Positions 54,216 through 64,000 of a stretch of 64,000 bases of DNA are shown here, in pieces. The position numbers and the translations under genes were made by a program. The DNA comes from Camelus dromedarius (Eukaryota), in the NCBI RefSeq assembly GCF_036321535.1, contig NC_087436.1:40736001-40800000 (forward strand). The letters are read 5' to 3'. The notes under the pieces are model-generated. The model was given only the letters and a program-made list of their open reading frames with translations. It made no database searches and was not told the origin of the DNA. Numbering within the stretch: position 1 is the first letter of the stretch; each line of letters starts with the position of its first letter.

Positions 54216-57200
54216 CCAGAAACATGGTAGAGTGAAAAACTACCTTTCTACATCCTCTTCAATTTACAACCAGTAAAACACCCACAACTCAGAAAGGTGC
54301 CTCTACCCAACACAACAGTATGCCAGAGAATTCCACACATTTACATATCTAAAGTTGGGTGGACTGGAGGTGGAATTGAGAAAAAAAGCAGAGTCAGTGT
54401 CTGTAATCTCAACCCTCTGACCATGGCAGCTAAGATCAAGCCTCAGAGAATCCAGTAAAAGCAGGAAAGGTCACACATGACTCCAGCCTCCCTATCACAG
54501 CAGCACCCATAGCCACAGGTAACTAGGCAACAGAAGCAGTGGGGATGGACCCTTCAAAGCTGAGGCACCCATGACCCCAGCCCCTGCCCCCCGTTTGCAG
54601 TGGGAGATCCCTGTGAACCATATAATAATGAGGCACAGAACAGACAGCTGTGCAACCTTATCCCCCTCCCACCATCCTCCTCCAGCTAGGGCACAGAGAC
54701 TCACTCAGAGGATCCTGGACACAATGGAAGAGTCCACTATCCCAGTAATGATAGCGATTCTGGCAAAAGCAAAGCAGCAACAATCCCAGAAGCAAAAGAA
54801 GCTATAAAGAATGCATGGAGAGACTAGATTGTGGAGGCTGGAAAGTGCTGACTCTCAAATATAACCAGAGGCAGCTCAGGTAAAGGAAACCAAAAATGTG
54901 TGTTATAGCACCACCTACCAGAAAACAAAAGAAAGAACTCTAACAGCTAACTTGTCATTTAATTTCAAATGCAAAGACAGATGAAAAATTTAAGTATCAC
55001 AAAAAACCACAGTAACACTATACCACAAGAAAAAAATGACAATTCTCCAGAAACCAACATAACTGGTAGAGAAATCAAAATAGCTGTAATGAAGAAACTC
55101 AAATGAGCTACAAGGAAACTCAGAAAGGCAGTTTAATGAGCTCAGGAAAAAAAAAAATTAATGAACAGAGGAATTCTTTACCAAAGAGACTGAAACTGTA
55201 AAAATGAATCAAACAGAAATTCAGGAGATGAAGAACTCAAATAATGAGATGAAGAATGCTTTAGAAAGCAGTGGAAATTGAAACCATATGGAAGAGAGAA
55301 TTAACAAGCTCAAAGATATAAATCAAGAAATGATAATAAGCAGAAGAGGAAAGAGAAATAAGATAAAAAAATGAGAAAATTTTCTGAGAGCTATCTGACT
55401 CTTTTAGGAGAGGCAATGTTAGGGCAATGGATATTCCAGAAGGCGAAAAGAAGGAAACACGAGAGTTAACTTAAAGAAATAATAGTTGAGAACTTCCCAA
55501 ACCTGGAGAAGGATCTGGATATACAAAACCATGAAGATAAGTGAACTCCTAATTACCTCAATGCAAAAAGGCCTTCTTCAAGAAACTTTATATTAACACT
55601 GTCAGAAGTAAATGACAAAGAATTATAAAGGCTGCCAGAGGGAAAAAGGATTGTAACCTACAAAAGAACCCCCATTAGGCTACCAACGGATTTCTCATCA
55701 GAAACCCGACAGGCTAGAAGAGAATGGAAAGACATTCTTGAAATCCTAAAAGATAAAATCTGTCACCAAAGAATACTCTGTCCAAGAAAGTTATCATTCA
55801 GATATGAAGGAGAAATAAAGGCTTTTCAAGACAAACAAAAGCTGAGGAAGTTCGTCAACACTAGACCTGCCTAACGAGAAATGCTGAAAGGAGTTCTTCT
55901 ACCAGAAAGAAAAAGGCAAAAGTACATAAAATTTTGAGTAAGCAAAGTGATAAATAAACCATAAAACTAAAATCTTTATAAGAATAGCTTTTCAAACACC
56001 TTATTATATCATAAAGGTTAAAGAGAGGGAAAATAAAGCATAAAATAACTAAAGCTACTTCAGTTTGGTAACAAACTCAAAACATAAAAAGGAATAATTT
56101 GAGACAACAAAAAATAAAACTGGAAGAGGAACAGGAAAAAAAGAACTTACACAGGTAAATGAAGATAAGATGGCATCAGTAGACAAAGGTCTATTTTATC
56201 TATGAGATGTTCCATACAAACTTCAGGGTAATCAAAAAATAAACATAGCACAGAGACAAAAAACATACAAAAAGAGGAAACTGAGAAAAACATCATAGAA
56301 AACCACCAAATCAAAATGACAAACACAAGGAAAAAGAAACAGAGATACAGAACAACTAGAAAACATAAGATAAAATGGCAGTACTAAATTATCATCTACA
56401 ATAATCACTATAACTGTAAATGGATTGAATTCACCAATCAAAAGATACAGAGTGGCTGGATAGATTGAGAAACAAGACCTAATGATATGATACCAATTAG
56501 AGACACAACTCAGCTCTAAAGGGATGAAAGATGATACTTCAAGCAAATGCCAGACAAAAGAAAATGGAGCCATACTCTTTTCATATAAAAAAACAAACAG
56601 AAGCTTCAAGGCAAAAAAGGTAATAAGAGAAAAAAATAGACAGATATAATAATAAAGGGGAAATTTTATCAAGAAGACATAACAGTGATTAATATTATGT
56701 ACCTAATATAGGAAAACCAACACATATAAAACAATTAATAGACCTAAAGTGAGAAATTGGCAGCAACACAATAATAGGATGTGACTTTAACACCTCACTT
56801 AGATCAATGGCTAGATCATTAAGGCAGAAATTCAACAAGGAAACACTGACTTTAAATGAAACATCAGACCAGATAGATTTGATAGATTTGTACAGAACGT
56901 TCCATCCAAATGCAGCAGAATATACATTCTTCTCAAGTGCACACAGAACTCTCTCAAGGATAGACTATATGCAGGGACACAAAGCAAGTCTCAGTGAATT
57001 TTAAGAGACTGAAATCATAGCAAGCACCCTTTTTGTTCACAATGGTATGAAACTCGAAATCAATTACAAGAAAAAAAAACTGGAAAAACTACAAATATGT
57101 GGAGACAGAACAACATGCTATTGAACAACTAGTGAGTCAATGAGGAAATACGCGGAGAAGCAAAAAAAAAAAAAAAAACAACAGATAATTAAAAGTACAA

Positions 57201-60200
57201 AGAGGGAAATCTATAGGAATACATCAAGGAACAGAAAAATAAATAAATAACTTAAACTTATCCCTGAAAAAACTAGAGAAAGAACAAATGAAACCTAAAA
57301 TTAGTAGAAGGAAGAAAATGACGAGCAGAGCAGAAATAAATGAAGTAGACTAAAATGGCAATAAAAAACATCAATGAAATTAAGAGCTGGTTTTCTGAAA
57401 AGCTAAAAAAAATTGACAAACTGTTCACTAGATTTACTAACAAAAAAAAAGTGAGAGAGAGAGAGAGAGAGAGAGACAAGGCCTTGATAAATAAAATCAG
57501 TAATAAAAGAGGATAAATAATAATGGATATCACATGAACACGAATGATTATACGAGAATACCATAAATAGCTATATACTAACAAATTGGACAACCTAGAA
57601 GAAATTGACAAAGTCTTAGAATTATATAAACTTCCAAGACAGAATCATCAAGAAACAGAAAATCTGAATAGAATGATCACGAATACAGAGATTGAAACAG
57701 TAATCAAAAAGCTCTCAAAAAACAAAAGTCCAGGACCAGACATTCTACTAAATAACCAAAATAGATTTAATATATATCCTTTTCAAACTATTCCAATTAT
57801 TGAAGGGGAGGAAATATTTCCTAATTCATTTATGAGGCCAACATCACCCTAATACCAAAGCAAGACATAGATAACACACACACAAAAGAACATCATAAGC
57901 CAGTATCTCTGATGAACATAGATGCAAAATTCCTTAAGAAAATATTAGCAAATTGAATTCAACAATACATAAAAAGGATCATACACCATGATTAAGTGAG
58001 ATTTATTCCAGGGATGCAAGAATGGTTCAACATCCACAAACAATTATCATGACATACCACATTAACAAAATGAATGATAAAAACCATATGATCATCTTAA
58101 TTGATGCAGAAACAGCATTTGACAAGATTCACCACCTATTTATGATAACCCTTAATAAAGTGGGTACATTGGGAGGTTCCTAACATAATATAAGTCATAT
58201 ATGACAAAGAACTAACATCATATTTAATGGTGAAAAAAATGAATGCTGTCCCTCTAAGTACAGGAACAAGACAGGATGCTCATTCTCTCCACTCTTACAG
58301 TACTGAAAGTCCTAACCAGAGCAATTAGGCAATAAAAAGAAATAAGAGAGACCCAAATTGGAAAGGAAGACATAAAACTCTCATTATTTACAAACATAAT
58401 ATTATATAGAGAAAACACTAATGATTCCACCAAAAGCTGTTAGAACTAATAAGTGTATACAGATAAGTTGCAGGATACAAAATCATTACAGAAAAATCTG
58501 TTGCACTTCTATACACTAACAACGAGCTGGCAGGAAGAGAAATTAAGAAAACTATCTCATTTACAGTCTCAACAAAAAGAATAAAAATATCTAGGAATAA
58601 ATCTAATCAAGGAAGTGAAAGACCAGTACGCTGAAAACTATAAGGTATTGCTGTAAGAAACTGAAGACATCAATAAATAGAAAGATATTCCATACTCATG
58701 GATTAGAAGATTTAACATTGTCAAAAGGTTCGTATTACCTAAAGCAATCTATCGATTCAGTGCAATCCCTAACAAAATTCTAAGCATATTTACAGAACTG
58801 AACCACAATCTAAAATTTATATAGAACCACAAAAGATCCTGAATAGCCAAAGCAATCCTGAAAAAAAGAACAAAGCTGAAGGTATCACCCTCCCTGTTAA
58901 GCTATACTACAAGGCCAAAGTAATCAAAATAGCATGATATTGGCAGAAAAAGATACACAGATCAATGAAACAGAATTAAGGGCCAAGAAATAAATCATGT
59001 ATATGGACAATTACAAGAAGGAAGCAAAAAAAAAAAAAGACAAGAGAAAGGTCAGGTTCTTCAATAAGTGGTGTTGAGAAAACTGGACAGCAATATGCAA
59101 GAAAAAAAATTAAATTAGACCACTAACTCAAACCATATACAAAAATTAACTCAAAATGGATTAAAGACTTGACAGTAAGATCTGAAACCATAAAACTCCT
59201 AGAGGAAAACAGACGATATGTTCTTTGACATCAGTCTTAGCAGTATCTTACTAGATATGTCTCCTCAGGCAAGGGGAACACAAGCAAAAATAAATTAATG
59301 GGATCATATCAAACTAAAAAGCTTCTGCACAGCAAAGAAAAGAATCAATAAAAGGAAAAGAGAAGCAACTTAATGGAGAATATATCTACGAATGATATAT
59401 CCAATAAGGGGTTAATATCCTAAGTATATAAAGAACTGAAACAACTGAACAATTAAAAAAAGCAAACAATCTGATTAAAAAATGGGCAGAGGATCTGAAT
59501 AGATTTTTCCAAAGAAGACACAGATGGTCAACAGGCACATGAAAATGCATTCAATATTACTAATCATCAGGGAAATGCAAATCAAAACCACAATGTGATA
59601 TAGCCTCAAACCTATCAGAATGGCTATTGCCAAAAAGACAATAAATAACAAGTGTTAGCAAGGATGTCAAGAAATGGGAACTCTCATGCACTGATGGTCA
59701 TAATGTAAATTAGTGAAGCCACTATGGAAGATAGTTTGGAAATTCCTCAAAAAATAAAGAATAGAACCATATGTTCCAGCTATCCCACTTCTGAGTATTT
59801 ATCCAAAGATTATGAAAACACTAACCTTAAAAAAAATGCACTTCTATGTTCACTGCATCATTATTTATAATAGCCAAACCATTAAAAAACATACTCTTAA
59901 GTACCAATCACCAGATGAATGGATAAAGATGTGGTGTACACACACACACACACAATGGAATATTACTCAGCCATTTAAAAATAATGATATCTTGTCATTT
60001 GTGACAACATGGATGGAACTGGAGAGTATTTTGCTAAGTGAAATAAGTAATAAAAGAAATACAAATACTATATAATTTCAGTTACATGCAGAATCTAAGA
60101 AGCCAAAAAAAAAAAAAAATGAACAACCATAACAAAATAGAAACAGAATCACAGATACAGAGAATAAACAAGTGGTTGCCAGGGGCAGGGTGGGTGAGAA

Positions 60201-60455
60201 ATGGGTGAGTGAGGTTAAGAAGTAAAAACTTCCAGGTACAAAAATAAAGGAGTCATGGGGATGAAACGTACAGCATGGAGAATATAGTCAGTAATTGTGT
60301 AATGTCTCTGTATGGTGACAGAAGGTCTCTAGCCTCATCATGGTGATCACTGTAATGGAGAGAAATATCGAAACACTATGTTATGCACCAAAATCTTACG
60401 AGACACTTTAGTCAATTGTACTTTAAAAACAAACAAAAGAACAAACAAACAAACA
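54215..60455 (+). mobile_element. L1 module B: near full-length degraded L1 (5'UTR, ORF1, spacer, ORF2, 3'UTR, A-rich tail)
   Basis: Second GC-rich 5'UTR. Second ORF1 at ~54980-55920 (ENFPNL ~55489, ARREW ~55713). ORF2 from ATG 56375 (DLIDLYRTFHPNAAEYTFFSSAH; KSPGPD). 3'UTR and (AAAC)n tail. Many stops and frameshifts. Confidence 0.92.
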
Positions 60456-60645
60456 AACTCATACTAAGATTAGATTTGTGGTTACCAGAGGCTGGGACTG
60501 AGGGGAGGGGGAACTGGATAAATGTGGCCAAGTGGTACAAACTTCCAGTTATAAGAAAAATAAGTACTCTGGAGGTAATGTACAACATGATTCATATATT
60601 TAACACTGCTGTATGTTCTGGAAGAAAACATAAAAATAAAATAAA
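60455..60645 (+). mobile_element. Second L1 3'UTR fragment (L1MA9-like) directly after module B
   Basis: GTGGTTACCAGAGG...GGTACAAACTTCCAGTTATAAG...AATGTACAACATGA parallels the 3'UTR at ~60170-60290. Confidence 0.8.
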
Positions 60646-60714
60646 GCAAGTTTTCTTGGTTCAAAACTATCTTAGGAGCAAAAAATGTTAAAAGTCTTCA
60701 AGAGGTCCTAGCAC

Positions 60715-60905
60715 TTTTTTTTTTTTTTAAGTAGTCAGTTGCAATGTGTTAATTTCTGGTGTACAGCATAATGTCCCACTCATGCATACATTGTGTATCA
60801 TATTCTTCCTCATTAAAAGTTATTACAAGATATTGAATATAGTTCCCTGTGCTATAAAGAAGAAATTTGTTTTTTTAATCTATCTTTTATAGATAGTGGT
60901 TAACC
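60715..60905 (-). mobile_element. Short L1 3' terminus
   Basis: Poly-T then GTTATTACAAGATATTGAATATAGTTCCCTGTGCTATA, the same family as 41420-42536. Confidence 0.85.
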
Positions 60906-60959
60906 TTTTATTCTGAGTAACTACACTTCAAAGTCAAAACAAGGACTGATAGTAGAGAT

Positions 60960-61370
60960 GGTGAAGAGCAGATAATATCAAGAGAAACTGCACCCCAACG
61001 TGGTTTGGCTTAAAGACCTTTCACTTATTTATCTTCTTGAACAAGCTAAGCAGCAATTGCCAGCAAGCAGGAGGTGAGGGGCGGACGCTGTGTGCCACCT
61101 GTGTAGGGAGTACAGTCTCTGCCTGCCGTGGTCGCTGATGACGCTCAGCTGGCATGTCTCATTCTTCTTGCCGATGTCTTTGCCCTTTCGGTTCTCTTAT
61201 GGTCAACATGTGGACTACTGAAAGCAGCTCAGTCACTCAAGAGAGATACAGGGAGTTCATGTCAGTGCCCATCACGTCTGGCAGGCCAGATGGGCCTTTA
61301 GGAGAGCCTGGGTGCTCTGGGTTTGCCTCAGATTCTACTGACTTGAAGTTGCATGTGGCATATTCTGACA
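60960..61370. mobile_element. Probable LTR fragment (family not assigned)
   Basis: GC/CpG-richer block ending in TGACA, abutting the next LTR. Confidence 0.4.
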
Positions 61371-61372
61371 GG

Positions 61373-61857
61373 TGACAGGTTCATCCTCTCCATGAACAAA
61401 CTTTGCGTAGGCTCTTCTGAGACTGTTTTTGTCTAGGCCTCATCCTTTGGCCTCAGTCCTTGCTGGGCCAGCAAAGGACAGTTGTAGTAAGATTCCTGCT
61501 GTGTTCCCCTGCCATTGATATCTGATCCATCTTGATATCTGACCAAGTTCCTTATCCCTCTGTCTCTAAATACCTGATTCCTCTGGCCTTCCTTCAGCAA
61601 GAATCCTGGTAAATTGGTTTAGCAAGAATCCTACCTTTGATTTCTCGACTTAGTAATTTTACACCCACCAACACTGACCCCCTCCACTAACACACATACA
61701 CACACAACTAGACTATAAATTCCCAGCTGTGTTTACTGCCTTCAGGGTTGAACCCAATCTCTTCCCTGCACTGGGATGGTACTGACGTCTATCACAGTAG
61801 CCCTGAAATGCCTTTCTTATGGTTTCCACTAGTGTCAGAAAAATCTTCCTTTAGTAC
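61373..61857 (+). mobile_element. ERV1 solo LTR (MER31-like)
   Basis: TGACA...CAAACTTT...CTAGGCCTC, the GATATCTGA duplication and the AGCAAGAATCCT duplication resemble MER31. Confidence 0.7.
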
Positions 61858-63269
61858 CTGTTACATCCAAAGTACCGTAAACTCTTCATAAGTGAACACA
61901 TAATTTATGTACAAGCAACTCCTCTCCTTATCAATGCATTCCAGAACTTTACAGTACTTTTTAAAACATGTTTACAGTTTGGGGGTACAGCATGTATTTA
62001 TCTCTTTTGAGCAAGGTAGGCATATGCCTTGGCAGAAGGAGGTAAATACATTTCCAAATTTAACTGCTTTTGAGAAAAACATTTTATAAGCAAAGGAATA
62101 TTTTTGTTGGGAAAGCATGTTAAAGCATAGGAAAGAAGTTTTTATTCACTCCTATTAAAATACAGCATAGGGCATTTAAGAAAACACTTCACACATCTGT
62201 GGACTGGGTTTTTAATTGTTATTTTCATCACTAGAAAGTAAAGGCCTTTTTAAATCACACTATGATTTTAAAACATGAACTATTGGGACATTTCTGGATA
62301 TTATTCACTTGGTCTAAAAAGCTTAAGGAAATAAGGCCTTCAGGACTTCTTAAAGTTACAACCTTCAAAAATCACAAACTGAGAACCCAACTTTCACTGA
62401 AATCTAGTATCAAACATACTAGGATCAAAACCAGTGTTTCATTAAATTCCACAGAAATAGGTGAGACCTCATTTACTCTAAAGACATATTTGTATTAGTC
62501 TAAGCACATGGAAGTTTTAAGATTGGTATTGGTATATAACTAGTAGTCTAAAAATCTTTATGCTCATTAAACCTTTGAAGAGTCTGGCAAAATGCAAACA
62601 GAATAACTCTTGATAATATTAGAATTGAAAATTTAAAAAGAATGTGCAATTGTAGAGAGCTATGCCATGCCATAATAAATACATTTAAATATAGCAGCAT
62701 TTTAAAATAGTGTTTATCAGGATAGTACATGTATATGATACAAATGGAAAAGCATGAAAAGCAATAAAATAAGACGGCTTTTATGATCCTGCCTTTCATC
62801 TTATGCTTCCCAGTTTCCATCTCCAGAGATGCCCAGGCCAGTCTCACTAGCTTATTACAAATACTTTCAGAGACAGACAGATTTGTACACAGATAAACAG
62901 ACTTACCAGCTATGTGACCTTTGACAAATTACATAATCAGTCCATAACTTACTTTCCTAGACTATAAAATAAGGCGAAGAATTTAGAATGAGATATACAT
63001 TCTTTTTATATATCAATGGCATTAGGCTCTAGTCACTATACTGTGCCTTTTATTTGTTCTCTTTCAAGATCTTGGAGTTCACTCGTTATCAGCTCCATAT
63101 AGATGTTTCCACATTTTTAATAGCTACACTGTGTAAAAAAAGAATATATGTTGATCAATTCGATTAGGAACTGTGTCCCCATCAGACTTGCTGTAAAGTT
63201 TGATACTGTTAACTGCCTTTAAAACAGAAGATAATTTATTCATCCTAATACTTAACATTTCTCTGATAC

Positions 63270-63465
63270 TTAGCAATATTGAGCATTTTTTTTCATATGT
63301 CTATCGGCCACCTGCATGTCTTCCCTAGAGAAATATTTGTTTAGGTCTTCTGCTCAATTTTGAATTGAGCTGTTTGCTTTTTTGTTATTGAGTTGTATGA
63401 GCTGTCTGTATATTCTGGAAATTAAGCTCTTGTCAGTCACATCATTTGCAAATATTTTCTCTAGT
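63270..63465 (-). mobile_element. L1 ORF2-end fragment
   Basis: Minus ORF gives EKIFANDVTDKSLISRIYRQLIQLNNKK, L1 ORF2 C-terminal region. Confidence 0.85.
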
Positions 63466-64000
63466 AGTTTTCTTTCACAATTTTTCACATCTTCAAATAA
63501 TTTAATTAGTTCTATAAATATACTAATAGAAAGCATGAAGGTTTCACTTTCACAGGTTAAATTATTTTTTCAGTCATTAACTGATGTATTCAGCAGTCAC
63601 TGTTCTAGTTGCGTAAGTTACAGCAATAAGCATACAGAACATGAGAGCCTCATGGAGCACTCAATATTAGAGATAAGAGGAAAACAACATGCAGATATTT
63701 TTAAAAATAGTTTTCAAGAGCATTCTGGAACTTCCTAATGTGATAGAGTGCATTTACAAAATACCTAAAGCAAACATCACACTGAATGGGATATTCTTAA
63801 CAGCTTTCCCCCTAAAATAAAAAACAGCACTATCCTTCCGTGATCACATATATCCAGCACTGCATCAAAGGCTTTAGTCACTGCAAGGGGGCATGATAAT
63901 GAATGAATGAACAATGGATAGTTAAGAATAAAGTCATTTATATGTTGGCTATCTAATGATGTCCCAAACTTAGTGGCTTATACAACAACCACCATTTTGT

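Noticed and set aside
56232..57611. 146-aa and 112-aa hydrophobic minus-strand ORFs
   Set aside because: Antisense to A-rich L1 sequence; T-rich codons mimic membrane proteins.
1..64000. CRISPR array, prokaryotic operon or other novel multi-gene system
   Set aside because: No regularly spaced repeat-spacer structure and no long intact ORFs; the sequence is mammalian intron dominated by decayed transposons.

Overview
AT-rich, repeat-dense mammalian genomic DNA. It is most likely camelid: a tRNA-derived Vic-1-like SINE with a target-site duplication sits at ~12.54-12.67 kb. The window reads as intronic sequence of a large gene transcribed on the minus strand. One well-supported 95-nt coding exon is present (46855-46949; EAPAFIMRRTYPLKRIMESDHPIQFKDCVSSK), and I could not identify the gene. 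A cluster of minus-strand splice signals at ~4.8-4.9 kb may be a 24-nt microexon or a recursive-splice-type site. The rest is mostly decayed transposons: many L1 fragments, L2/MIR, MaLR (MLT1) and ERV solo LTRs, a Charlie/hAT remnant, and a degraded ERV-L-type provirus carrying a gamma-type env TM remnant (~28.9-32.65 kb). An ~8.4-kb composite L1 (~52.2-60.6 kb) carries two tandem 5'UTR-ORF1 modules and two 3' ends. Almost all ORFs in the supplied track are chance or transposon-derived. I see no CRISPR array, rRNA, true tRNA or intact novel protein system. Repeat family names come from remembered consensus sequences, not from a search, and most repeat boundaries are approximate.
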